Below the pieces are notes generated by a model. It searched no databases. It was not told the origin of the DNA and was given only the letters and a program-made list of their open reading frames with translations. Below are positions 50,560 to 63,534 of a DNA stretch of 64,000 nucleotides, piece after piece. How positions within the stretch are numbered: position 1 is the first letter of the stretch; each line of letters opens with the position of its first letter. The position numbers and the translations under genes were made by a program. The DNA comes from Mobula hypostoma (taxonomy: Eukaryota): contig NC_086097.1 of the NCBI RefSeq assembly GCF_963921235.1, forward strand, positions 70,310,001 to 70,374,000, written 5' to 3'.

Positions 50560-51360
50560 AAAGGTTCAATGGTTCATTTATTTTCAAAGAATTTTTCCAT
50601 ACACTACTCTGAAATTTGTCTTCTCCAAATAGCCACGAGGCAAAGAAAGAACATGAAAGTCGTTCAGTGAGAAACATCTATACCACCCCTCCCCTGCAGT
50701 AAAAAGAATGGCATCCTGATCATCAATCACCACCCCCACACACACACAAAGCAGAATAGGGGCATCGACACCCAATAAACAACCCCTCCTCCATGCAAAA
50801 AAACTAACAGAACACAATAGAGCATCAACCCATAAACATCCTCCCTTCACATAACAAAATGGAAAAGGAACAAGTGATAAAAACACAGAACATAAAAACT
50901 GTAATTCTGTAGAAGTCTACAATCTTAAATGCAATAATCCAATCCCTAAATGCAGAACCACGATATCATCATACGATATCAATGACATTCATCAAAAGAC
51001 TGGCATTACGTGAGGCAGAGAGGCCCACTCGCCTGCCATGGCGAGCCTTACGGTGATAGGCCGCTGACAGATTACTTCTCCAGCAGCGATCGAAAGGAAC
51101 GCAGTAGGCTTTGAACTCCCTCACCTTCTGCATTTGCCTCAATGTCTCAATCTTCCTCAAAGCTTTAAGCAGCAATGAAATAGCAATTTAAGCAGCAAAT
51201 ACTGGCTTGCGCCTGTCTTGAAGTTTCTTCATATTGAGGCCTTCCGAGTATGCTCTCACTTCCCAGAATCTTCTGTGACGCAGCAAAATGCTAGATCACT
51301 CAATCTCCAAACTATAAATTGCAGGGTCTAACAGTTCCAAAAACAAATTTAAGGTGAAAA
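50560..51360 (-). mobile_element. Unclassified non-coding retroposon-like insertion
   Basis: Minus-strand 3' end ...gtgtatggaaaaattctttgaaaataaatgaaccattgaacc resembles the tail at 29523-29740. It interrupts the CR1 5' region. Confidence 0.5.
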
Positions 51361-51755
51361 ACTGAATGACTCAACACCTTTAGCTTCTACCTATTCTCGC
51401 CTGTTGAGCCAAAGCTGACCACTCTTAACACTGGCCCACTCCAACAATGGCTGCTCTATTAACCCCTTGCCTGTCTCCAACTCACTCCACAATTTCTCGC
51501 TCTGCAGACACGTCCCACTAGGCCACAGTCATCTTTTAAACCTGACACGTAAAGTCCACATGTGAGGAATATGTTTTTCTTTTAGAGCCAGTACTTATGA
51601 TTGGCCAGTGAAGTACCATGGCTTCACAGTAATAACTTTAATCATTATAACCAGTTTAATAGTTTAATATTCTCTCAATTGCACCAATAATCAATTGCAA
51701 TGTAAAAAGTTGTAATATGCACTATCAAATAAGAAAGCACTCAAGCAGATAGACT

Positions 51756-52997
51756 ATTAGATTGGATTCAACTTTATTGTCATTGTGCGGAGTACAGATA
51801 CAAAGCCAATGAAATGCAGTTAGCATCTAACCAGAAATGCAAAGAATAGTGTTATTTACAAAATAACTGCAAATAAAAAGTAAGTGCTACAGCACACAAA
51901 TATAGAAGTACTGAGACAGTACAATATGGGTGCAATACTGCTTAGCGCTGTGATGTGAGGTTCAGCAGGGTCACAGCCTCAGGGAAGAAGCTCTTCTTGT
52001 GCCTGCTGGTGTGGGAGCGGAGGCTGCTGTAGTGCCTACCAGATGGGAGGAGAGTAAAAAGTCCATGGTTAGGGTGAGATGCATCCTTGATAATGCTTTT
52101 CGCCTTGCCCAGGCAGCGTTTATGGTAGAAGTTCTCAATGGTGGGCAATTGGGTGCCAATAATCTGCTGGGCAGTTTTCACCACACACTGGAGTGCTTTG
52201 CAGTCTGATACGGGACAATTGCCATACCACACTGAGATACAGTTGGTGAGTATGCTCTCAATGGTACAGCGGTAAAAGTCCATCAGTATCCTGGGACAGA
52301 GGTGAGCTTTCTTGATGCTCCACAGGAAATAAAGGTGCTGTTGTGCCTTTTTGATCAGGATGGAGGAGTTCAGGGACCAGGTGAGATCCTCGGAAATGTG
52401 GACACCGAGGAATTTGAAGCTTGATACACGCTCCACTACAGCTCTGTTGATGTAGATGGGGATGTGAGTGTGGCTCCTAGCATGCCTGAAGTCCACAATG
52501 ATCTCCTTGGTCTTCTGCGTGTTAAGGTCCAGGTTGCTGTCTGCACACCACGCGGCCAGGTGCTGGACCTCATCCCTGTAGGCCATCTCGTCATCCCCTC
52601 TGATCAGGCCAACCACCGTGGTGTCGTCTGCGAACTTGATTATGGAGTTAGAACCATGTATAGGAATGCAGTCATAGGTGAAAAGGGAGTACAGAAGAGG
52701 GCTCAGCACACAGCCTTGAGGCATGTTCGTGTTCAGGGTGAGAGTGGAGGAGGAGAGGTTGTCTAACTTAACTGATTGGGGTCTGTTAGTCAGAAAGTCC
52801 AAGGTCCAACTGCAGAGGGATGAGCTGATACCAAGCTGGCGAAGTTTGGCGATCAGCTTGGAGAGGATCACAGTATTGAATGCTGAACTTAAGTCAATGA
52901 ACAGCATTCTGATGTAAGAGTTGGGGCTGTCCAGGTGGGTCAGGGCAGAGTGAAGTGTCGTGGAGATGGCATCCTCTGTTGACTTGTTAGGGAACAC
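51756..52997 (-). mobile_element. Rex1/Babar-type LINE, 5'-truncated, with an uninterrupted 351-aa RT C-terminal ORF
   Basis: [52 protein letters not shown]. Tail ...ataaagttgaatccaatctaat. Confidence 0.93.
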
Positions 52998-53499
52998 TTA
53001 AACAGATCATTACAAAATGGACGTTTTATAACAATGGCTCATTTTTATTTTCACATTACATTTGTTGTTAGGTCAGATCTGTTATGTGAATTCTGGTATT
53101 AATAGTTATTTTCCTGCAGGAAAACTACATGCAATCTTTTTACTAAATTTTGTGTTATCCATTTAGAAATCATCTAACAAGGAATAAAAAGTGGAAACAC
53201 GAGGAATAATTTAGTCATTACCTTTTGTATTCACATATCCGTGTTGAGTTTGGGAATAGCTGGAGAGTTTAGATTACATGCTGTCCTCCTCTATTGGGGA
53301 AAAAAATCAGTTGATAATCAATAATATCCAGCATTCTGTGCATGTTGATGACCAGCAGAGGACTGGACTGGGTTCAGTTGTGATGTTTCTGAAATGAAAG
53401 AACTCAATCCAATAGTCCACATGGAAAATGCTCATTTACCGGGGGCCCTGGAGAATCACTAGTATAGATGATGCTTCAGTATCACTTGTGATTTACTTC

Positions 53500-53895
53500 T
53501 TTGCAGTTTTGCCTTCTAGCTGCAAGAGAGTTTACTCAAGTCCAGTCTCAGAGACACGAGTACAAAAATTTTGATCCATGCTTCCCAAGGAAATCTTCAC
53601 TTTTGAAACTCCAGATCTTTTAAGTTGCCATTTGGAAGAGAGCACTGGCGTTATCTCTGGGGTCATGACTGACGTTCATTCCTTTTTCAGCATCACCTGC
53701 ACAGATTCTCTAATTATCTAATTAATAATTAACACAATGCCATTTGTGGGAGCTTGCTGTGTATAAATAGACTGCCATTTTTGCTTCGTTTCATTAGTGA
53801 CAGTGTTTCAAAAGTATTTAATTAGTATACAGTGCTTTGTATTATCTAAAGAGCAATTTGAAAGGCACTTCATAAATATATGTTTTGTTCTTTTT
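53500..53895 (+). mobile_element. Deu-SINE-like (AmnSINE1/SacSINE1 superfamily) remnant
   Basis: ggaagagagcactggcgttatctctggggtc... (Deu-domain-like), then tgtgggagcttgctgtgtataaatagactgcc...gtttcaaaagtatttaattag...tgaaaggcacttcataaat (tail-like). Recognised from memory of the consensus. Confidence 0.6.
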
Positions 53896-54394
53896 TATCA
53901 CTCAGGAGACACCAACTATAAAAGCAAAGGGGATGTTAAGGAGTTATTGGAAAAAGAAACAGTTTAATAGAAGTGGCACATGAGGAGGAATGCTGTACTC
54001 TGATTGAAATCGGGGCAGACTACTTCAGTGCAACATCTAAACTCATTTTCTCTATTAGCAATGCAATTTTTTTCTCTGTCAGCAGAATTATTTTTGCCCA
54101 CAAGTGGCTGTGGATTCAGAAACGATAAGGTGTTAATCACATTTATGTGCTGTCAATTAAGTTATTTACAAAATAAGTATTTCTTTGCATCTGAAAGTAT
54201 TATTATTTTATCAACACCATAAGACCAATGGAATTAACAGTAGTTTTAGCACTGCAAGTTTCCACTGTGCCCAATTAGTTTTCTCCTGTGCCAGTATGAT
54301 TTTACAGGATTTTTTCTGTCAGTTTTCATTACCATGTTACAGATTATAGGATTTTTCAGTCAAAATGCATTACCGTTATGAAACAGGTAATAGT

Positions 54395-54500
54395 GGATGC
54401 CCAGTCCTGAAGAAGGATCTCGTCCTGAAACATTACTGTTTATTCCTTTCCATAAATGCTGCCTGACCTGCTGAGTTCCTACAGCATTTTGTGTGCGTCA
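54395..54500 (+). mobile_element. Penelope pLTR fragment with hammerhead-like motif
   Basis: CAGTC CTGAAGA AGGA tctcg TCCT GAAAC ATT ACTG, followed by the family tail gctgcctgacctgctgagttcc. Confidence 0.65.
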
Positions 54501-56023
54501 CTTTGTAATGAATGGGAATGGGATAGCAACATGAACATAGGTGTGTCTGTAAGCCTCCAGGAAGGAATAGAAAGTATGGGCTTGAGGACATCTAAATATT
54601 CTCTTTTGAGCCCAAGGAAGCACTTGTGAACCAGGCAAAGTAAAGCAAAGTAAAAATTCCTACCGTTCAATCTCTTCACAGCCCCATCTCACTTAGTTCT
54701 CCTTAGCAGTAAATCCAGCAATGAGTTGAAATGCTATAAGGGTCTGATTATTATCTTGGTGCTTTGATTACCATATTTAACAAAAGGCCTTGCCAACTTC
54801 AGAAGAACATGTTTAAATGACAGGATGAATAGAGCTTTCCATCAGGAAAGTAACCTAGAGCATTTTAATTGCTCAGCTGACCGATTTCCGCTGTTAAGTG
54901 GGTGGGATAAAAATCCATTCTTCCACCCACAGCCCCTACCAAATCTATCCACCCACCAGTCAGTGATGAAGTTTAGTTTTAAAAAAAGCTGGATAATAAG
55001 CAGCTCTAGGGGCAAACTAACAACAGGAACAAAACAGAAATGGTTCATTTGGCTGGTTTTGGACCACATTAGTCTGTTGATGGATGGTATAATTTCTGAT
55101 GTGCTGTTGCCAGTTAATGTAGAGCAGATAGCAATGACATTGTTTGTCAAAGGGATACGTGCATATAGTTGGACAGAGATGTGTAGTTTGGAAAGGGACA
55201 ATTGAAGAACTATATATGTGCAATTTCATGTTCAAAGGCACAATTAGACCAGCAATTTGAGTAACTGTCCATTACTTTCAACAGCTAATTAGCATAAACT
55301 TGGGTTTTAAAGCAGGTCACAGGATGAAGCCAAATAAAAACTTACAGTGATTGCAATTAGTTGGAAAATGTTTGTGCTGCTGTGCATGCATGTGCGCGTG
55401 TGTATGAATAGCTCCAACTATGAAATCTGACCCCGCCGCTGAAAATACTGAGCAGTACAGGCATCACACGTGCAGAGACATTTCAGGTTAATATCCTGTG
55501 CTCAGCTATGAAGGGCAGTTATCTTAGTGTGGTCCATTAGCTAATCGCGCTACCAGACTTGCTGGTACTGTTAACACCGCAACCACTGTAATTAATGATT
55601 AAGTTTGGCCACTCTTGTGCAAGTTACATACTGGAAGCCTATTAGATTATATCTAAACAAGCACTACCAAAGGATAATCGAAATAGTGAAAATCTTCAGT
55701 CAGTTTTTGCTTCATCCATGATTCTGATAAATTTAGTGCAAATCTTTCAAAAGTTTCATGTTAAGTTCGGTGGATCAATTCCATAACCTTTAATTTATAT
55801 TTTTGGGTATTAAAGAATTATGTTAAAAAATATTTGTTTTCAAGAGGTAAGAATAAAATAAAGAAAAATATTCACAAATGATTATACTGAATGAAATTAA
55901 TATTTAAATGCTAGTTTGATGGGAAAGCTAAAACCCCTGCATTCTTTAGAAACAATACAGGGTTGCTTTCTGCAATTTTTAAGAATGCATAATATTCACT
56001 TATAAATTAGGAATGAACATTTA

Positions 56024-56936
56024 CAGTGCCTATAAAAAGTATTCACCCCCCCCCCCAGAAGTTTTCATGTTTTATTGTTTTACAACATTGAATCATAGTG
56101 GATTTAATTTAGCTTTTTTGACACTGATCAACAGAAGGAGACTTTTTCATGTCAAAGTGAAAACAGGTCTCTACAAAGAGATCTAAATTAATCACAAATA
56201 TAAAACACAAAATAATTGATTGCTTAAGTATTCATCCCCTTCAAGTCAGTATTTAGCAGATGCACCTTTGGCAGCAATTACAGCCTTGGGTCTGTGTGGA
56301 TAGATCTTTATCAGCTTTGCACATCTGGAGACTGCAATTTTTCCCCATTCTCTTTACAAAACAGCTCAAGCTCTGGCAAATTGCATGGGGGTCGTGAGTG
56401 AACAGCCCTTTTCCAGTCCAGCCACAAATTCTCGATTGGATTGAGGTTTGAACTCTGACTTGGCTACTCCAGTTTTTAAGCCATTCCTGTGTAGCTTTGG
56501 TTTTATGCTTGGGGTCATTGACTTGCTGGAAAACAAATCTTCTCCCAAGTCAGAGTTCTCTTGCAGATTGTATCAGGTTTTCCTCCAGATTCCTCTGTAT
56601 TTTGCTGCATTCATTTTACCTTCACAAGCCTTCCAGGGCTTGCTGTAGTGAAGCATCCCCACGCACGATGCAACCACCACCATGCTTTACCATATCATTG
56701 GTGTGTTTCGGATGATGTGCGGAGTTTGGCTTTTGCTGAACATTGCGTATATTTTGTATTTCGTATTTGTAATTAATTTAGATCACTTTGTAGACATCTG
56801 TTTTCACTGACACAGAAGAGACTTTTTCTGTTGATCAGTGTTAAAAAAGACTGCTTATATCCACTGTGATTCAATGTTGTAAAACAATAAAACATGAACA
56901 CTTATGGGGGGGGGAGAATACATTTTATAGGCACTG
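56024..56936 (-). mobile_element. Internally deleted Tc1-like transposon with long TIRs
   Basis: TA|CAGTGCCTATAAAAAGTATTCACCCCC ... GGGGAGAATACATTTTATAGGCACTG|TA. Minus-strand remnants of HGGGCIVRGCF and FQQVNDPKH. Confidence 0.88.
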
Positions 56937-57611
56937 TATATTACCAAGCATAATTTTGATAATAAAAGATTACTCAAATTATTTATACTGTTACTCTGTA
57001 ATATAGAGTTGGTATTTTTACAGGAATATAATCTTCATTGCACAATAGTTCCAGGTACAGGGGGCAAAACCAAGTATTCCACATGATCTTCTTCAAAAAG
57101 CCTTTGACATCATCAAGTGAGAGAGACTGTGAAGTAACTCCAAAAATTTAGCTGTCCACAGAATTCATCTACATCTAACATTAGCTTTATGATAGCATGT
57201 GACCCAGGATCCTAGTGACAAAGGGACAAAAACAGAGCCGATGCAAGTAAGCATTGATGTAAAATTGTCATTGTCCCAACATTTCCTTCAATCTTTCTTG
57301 CATCCACCCTTCATCAAATCCTAAGGGAAATTAAACCAATCTTCCCTACTTAGAGGAAAGAGTTCAGTCTACAGGAACAATCAAAGATCAGTCAGTTGCA
57401 CCTCAGTACAATTACAGTTCTGGTGTCAGCAGATCTCGGCCCCTCATTCGAGTAATCATCCTTCATGTCTGAGCCTGTACCACCTGACTTGGAGAAAGTG
57501 CAGCTAATGTTAACAGTCACTAGATTCAGGGAAGGACATTGTCACATGAGCAAAAATTGAGCAGTTTGGGCCTATACTTTCTGAAGTTTAGAAGCATGTT
57601 TCATGTTGGAG

Positions 57612-57930
57612 AGGCACAGTGGTGCAAGCTACTGGAGGTGCTGCTTCTTAGCTTCAGCAGTCTGGGTTCAATCCTGACCTCTGGTGCTTTCAGTGTGGAG
57701 CTAGCACTTTCTTCCTCTGGGAGCCCCGTTTTCCTCCCATATCCGAAAGGTATACTGTTTTTTTTTGGGGGGGTTAAATAACCACTATTAAATTCCCCCT
57801 AGTGTTATGTACATGATAGAACTTGGGGGGAGCTGATGGCAACACTGGGAAAATAAGTTACGTGGAAAGTTAGTGAGGTATTGGGATTGCTCTGTGTGAC
57901 AATGTTGACTTGACTAATGGCTTCCTCTTA
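57612..57930 (+). mobile_element. tRNA-derived V-SINE-like element
   Basis: ggcacagtggtgcaagct...ctgggttcaatcctgacc (A and B boxes), then cctctgggagccccgttttcctcccatatcc. Confidence 0.6.
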
Positions 57931-59299
57931 TGTCATAAGGTAACTTCATTGAAACATGTAGATATCTGAAGGGGCCTTATAAGAACAATGACTCTGTTGG
58001 TAAGAGAGACTAAACCTAGGGTGCTTAGGCTAAGAAATATGGACTGATCCCTTAAGAGTGAAATGAGGAGGAACTTTTTTCTCCCCAAAGGTTGGAATTC
58101 CCAATCCCCGAGCTGTGTGGATGAGACAGTAAATATATATTCAAGGCTTGACAGATAAATTATGGACTGGACAGGAATCAAAGGTTACAAGGAGCATGCA
58201 GGAAAGTGGAGTTGAGCACAGGTTTAGAATGCTTTCACATTCAGATTGGTTTATTGTCACAATACACCCAGTGAGCAATGGAATTCCTTGCTTGAATGAA
58301 GCACAAAGTATAAACTGTACACAGTAATAATAAATAGAATGAATATAGTAATGACCTCAAAAAATGATGGAATGGTACAAAAAATAGTATTGCAAACCAG
58401 GGGAGTGCAAAAAATACTCAAGTAACGTAATGGAAGATGGGTTGTAGGATTAAGGGTTTGAGAATGGGGCAGCACCATTGGGAAGGGGATCTAAAAGGGA
58501 CAATTGGTTCCGAAATTTGTTAACGGGGGAAGAAGCTGCTTCTAAATGTGGTTGCCCAAGCTTTGATGCTCCTTTGTCTTCTCTCAGCAGGTAGAAGAGA
58601 GAAAAAGGAATGGCCAAGGTGGCATGCAACCTTGAAACTAGAGTTTGCGACTAATTTGAGCAACTGTGATTTCCTTCTATGGTGTAGCAGAATTAAGGAG
58701 CTGGAACGTCTACTAGTTCTCTTCGTTCTGAATTTCTTATTGAATTTTACAAGTGGTCATGATCTTATTTTTAAATAATGATCATGTACTGTACATAGAC
58801 ACAACCCAAGGTATATGGGAAAAATAACCGGAAGCAGAAATAATATTAGAAAAAATTGAAAACTGCAAGTTACTTACAGTACCTTTCTTCCTCAGGTACA
58901 TCCCTCTCCGATTGAAATAAATGGAGTTTATGTTTGGCCCAATGCAGGTTCAAAGAACACGTTTCCTAGTACTTGAGGGAGAACTTCTGGATCTTTGGTT
59001 CCACTCCTGGACTCCAAGAGAATTTCAGTGATATGTGGATTGGTGAGAAATTATCTCAGGAAGTTGGGAGGTTTCTTTTGTGGAGCAACCCTTAACTTGA
59101 TGCAGTAAATGCCAGAGATCCTACATGGAACTCATGTCATTTCCTCCAAATCCACACCAATCTATTACTTAAACATTTTAATTAAAATCAGTTAATGAAT
59201 TGCATTAATTTTATATCTACATGTGACAATAGACAGAAGAATGTTAATTCGGTGGTAAAATAGCTTAAAACAGATGACTAAAATCATCAACTCTGTGAT

Positions 59300-59560
59300 C
59301 TATGCTGCCCATGTACTCACCTCCTCTACTATCAGGTTCCGTCCTCTCCAGCTATTTATCTTTCCTACCCAGCAGGCTTCATCTATCACTTTCTAGTTGT
59401 CCTCCTTCCCCTCCCCCCCCCCCCATACCTTTTTATTCTGGTATCTTCCCCCTTCCTTTCCAGTCCTGTAGAGGGATCTCGACCCAAAACATCAACTCTT
59501 TATTCGTTTTCATAGAAGCTGCCTGGCCTGCTGAGTTCTGCCAGCATTTTTTATGTGTGA
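59300..59560 (+). mobile_element. Penelope pLTR fragment, decayed hammerhead motif
   Basis: cagtcCTGTAGAgggatctcgaccCAAAACatc...gctgcctggcctgctgagttc. Confidence 0.6.
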
Positions 59561-60299
59561 TTAAAATCCATTTGTTACATATTTTGTTTGCATCATATAT
59601 TCATCTCAAGCCTCTTACCATTAAATAAAGGAAAGAGAGTGCATTTTTCTTTCTTAAAAATTCAAGTGAAAGGGAGTAGAAAACTCAAATTGAGTCATTT
59701 CTGGAACCTTTTTCTAATTTTTGGAAAAAACATCAAGTATTAGATATATCAAAATTGAATAAAAAAGTCTATTTAAAATCCTTTAGGTTTTATTCTTTTT
59801 GAAGTATTAAATGGTAATCCAAATGTTCATTTTCAACCCTATTGATGGCCAATGAAGTATGTGATTTTTCTAACCAATCACCTGAACAGCAAGTTGGGAA
59901 CTTACCTAAATGCAGCTAATTACATTTGGCCAAGCTTTGTCCAGAGTGTAATTATCCTGCCAGCTCCACATTCATTTTCTACTAATCAGTTATTACTGTG
60001 GGGCCATGAGCATACAAACTTCATACTCCAATTACAAGGTCCACAGTCCTCCAGTTTGTAATGCATGTTTGTATCCAGCTAAAGAGATGGGATTGTAAAA
60101 CCTTTTTCCCTCACTGGAAAAATATAAATAAATAAAATTGAGGAATATTGAAAAGAATAATTCAGACTGTGTCTATTTTTCTTGTTCTTGAATTATTTTC
60201 TCTGCAATTAACACAATAAAAGTAAATAAAAGGAGTCCAAATTAGTTTTGGTATATTTTAACATTCCGATACATATTTTCTTTTCAAACAAAGATATTT

Positions 60300-60480
60300 A
60301 TCATAAACCCAGAGATTCTGCAGGTTCTGGAAATCTTGAGCAACGTGCAAGTTAGGCAGCATTTATGGAGGGGGATAAACGGTTGACTTTTTGGGCCGAG
60401 ACCCTTCATCAGGACTGGAAAGGAAGGAGGAAGAAGCCGGAATAAGTGTTGCGGGAGGGAAAAGGAGTACAAGGCAGGCA
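60300..60480 (-). mobile_element. Penelope pLTR fragment, decayed hammerhead motif
   Basis: Minus strand reads ccagtcCTGATGAagggtctcggcccAAAAAGTCaaccg. Confidence 0.65.
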
Positions 60481-62399
60481 GCAACTTTTTTAAATAAATT
60501 GGTTTTTGTCACGTTCAGTGGGTAAATTGTTTCCAATAATAAATGAGATAAAATTTTTATGCACAACGTTGTTTATATATTTATATGCAGCGAGCATCAA
60601 TTGTTTGCCAAGCTACACCTGTACTCTTGACTTTCATCCAAATTCAGTAAACAGGTTCATAGATTTAAAGGGAAAAATATTCTCATACAGATGTTTTATA
60701 TGAAGCCTCGAGGCTTACTGCTGCAAGTACAACATCAAATACTCTTAAGAAAAAGATATTAAAGTTGTATAAATGCTAAAAAAAAATAGACATAAACATC
60801 ATGCAGGTTGGGTCACCTTTATTCTCTTAGTGATACTCAGTTCCAAGTTGAATGTTCCCAAGCAACTTAATTAAATATGAACTTTTAATGCAGAGCCCTT
60901 AGTATTATTAAAGATCCCACCCATCCATCAGGCAGGAGACTCCGATGCATAAAAAGAAGAACAGTCAGGATGGGGAACAGTTTCTTCCTCAGGCCATTCG
61001 GCTTCTGAACTCCCAGCCATATTATATTCTGTGTCACTGGTTAATCTGTTCCATACCTTACAGTATCTAATTCATACACTTTAGTTTGTTATTTATGTAT
61101 GATTCATTTGTAGATTTTATCCTTACCTTCCTAAGTTGTGTGTGTTATATGTGCTACTGTGCTTTACTCCCTGGTTTGGAGAAACATTGTCTCATTTCTA
61201 TATACATTAAATGATTATATACATTATATGCATGTATATAGTTAAATGACAATAAACTTGACTAAATTGTCAAATTTTTATATTGAATTTCACAATATCA
61301 CTCTCCATAAGCTAATGTAACTTTAGATAAGTAAAAATTGTGCAGAATTGCATCAGTGGCCAAAAGAAATCATTCCTCAATTAATTTGAAGGTAATTTAT
61401 GCTCTTTCATGCCTTTGGATCCATTTTAACTTGAGGCACAGAATGAGGGATTGTGTTCAAAAATGGTGGCTTCAGTGCCAGACTAACAGAGAGTGCCTGA
61501 ATTCATAATCTGTTATGTTTGCATGCTGTTAGTGGTCACTAGGTATGTGCCCAAACTAATTTGCCAATATAACTGGCATCTACTGTTCACAAAGCAGGTA
61601 AGTATTAACAGCCCACTTAAAGAATTTAACTTCCCCGTGTGGCTTCTAATTCTTCCGTAAAAATACTTATTACTAAATGTTTCATCAGTTTTGGGCAGAT
61701 TAAACTTCAGGTATATAAACAGTTAATATAAATATTTTTAAAAATTGTGTGTGGATCATAAAAATTTATTTCAAAATTAATTCAAATGACCAGTCTCTCT
61801 GGCATTTTTACATAGGCTCACAGTGGAAGGTTCTAAACCAGTGTATGTGACCTCAAACCAGGGTTGCCAAAACTTCCATATAAGAAGCATTGTTGAGAGG
61901 AACAGAAAATGAGTTGCCTTGTGCTCAATTAAGGACTGAGCGGTCTTTATCTTAAATGGATACATTAGCCCAGAATTTGTGGCTGTTTGCCACTGACCTA
62001 CAAATAAATGATTCTGCTTACCTTTTTCACTGCCTTGTTGAGAACTTACATATGTAGAATAAAGGTCATGACAACAGACTATTTTACTCAACCAGTACAT
62101 GCTGGCATTAGTGCTCAACTCCAGCTTCATCCTCTCACCTAAATCTTTCTGTGCAGTATTTTATTCCACTCTTACTTATGTTCTAGTCCAAACTTCTGTT
62201 TAAATGAATCATTGGTATTTCTGCTTCTACATTTTCCCAATTAGATGAAGTACTTTTCTTGACGACATTCTTACGTTGGTGGTCTCTTGGGACTTCCCGG
62301 GAACTGGCAGCTCCATGCTTGGTGAAAAGATCCTGTATGGTTCCATCTGAAAATGCCACTTTGTGCGTTTTGGGAATTTGGCATGAAAATATTTAGAAA

Positions 62400-62625
62400 T
62401 GCAGCACTGTAACAGGCCCATCCACCACAACAAGCCCATTTTGCCCAATTACACACATGTGGCCAATTAATCTACAAACCCATGCATCTTTGCAACATGG
62501 GAGGAAACTGGAGCACCCAGAGGAAACATACGCAGGTCACAGAGAGAGCATACAAGCTGCTTACAGACAGGGGGCAGAACTGAAGCCATGTCACTGGCAC
62601 TGTAGTAGAATTACGCTAACCAATG
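62400..62625 (-). mobile_element. V-SINE-like element
   Basis: Minus strand has gtttcctctgggtgctccagtttcctcccatg (V domain) with a tRNA-like head near 62620. Confidence 0.6.
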
Positions 62626-63534
62626 TCTCAACAGGAGGCTAAGCCCTACCCCCCGATATAGTTGGCTACCAAAGTTGTCAAATCGTACGAGTGACATTCA
62701 GAAAAATTCAAAAACATTTCAAAGCAAAAATGTCATGCATTTATAAATTGAATTAATATTATACATTAAAGAAAAGATTCACTAATACAACCCTAAAAGT
62801 ACTTCAGAGGAATTGAATTAATTCAAATTATTAAAAGAATCTAAAAATACTGAAAAATAAAAATTCATATTCCATTATAATCAATGAGAAAAGTTAAGCA
62901 CCAGGTCTAATTTGACAATGGTTCTTCAAGTGGATTCCCAGTGTAGATGCCAGTTGATCACTATTCTGCATCTGAACCTGATTGGGCAATCAGCGGACAT
63001 TATCTGCTGGCAAATTCTGGTCTTCTGTGCTCATGAACACATGCAGGAAATCCCAAACTTTCTGGCACTTGCACAGGGAAATGCTGGCAGTTATGAACAG
63101 AAACACTGGCATTTCACTGTAAACTTCCCAGCATTATGTAGTGTTATGAAAAGTGATAAAAATGGGCAAATATAACACCAAAGTTGTAAATGGTCTGGTT
63201 CGGATTCAGATGGTTATCAGGAAGAAGTTTCAATGGTGACTACGTTATGGGTATGGCAGATTCCTGAACAAATTCTGCTGCTGGAAGGCTAAATTATGCA
63301 AGTTTTGGCCACTAGGTGATGTCATATTCAAGTCTAAGCTTTTGAATGCTTTGTCGTATCAGTCATGTTTATAAACAAATAGAGTACAGTGAAAAAGAAA
63401 ACGATGAAAATTATAAAGGAAAAACTAAATGAACTGTAGAATGTCATTCTCCACATCCACTCCACCACCTCAATCCTAGCACATCCCTGGTCATTACTCA
63501 GAGAACATGGTAAACTTCTGTTCAGATTGAGATT

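Larger units (their letters stand above)
42645..51545 (-). mobile_element. Old, probably full-length CR1 LINE (ORF1 with SGNH-esterase-like domain), split by three nested insertions
   Basis: 3' tail at 42645-42666 and 44816-45172. ORF2 at 47088-49400 has GSDHNMIEF, NYRPVSLTS, VPQGSV and FAD. ORF1 at 49650-50450 has VIGD.IV, VCCLPGARVKDI and PEV.VHI. 5' UTR-like segment at 51365-51545. Confidence 0.75.
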
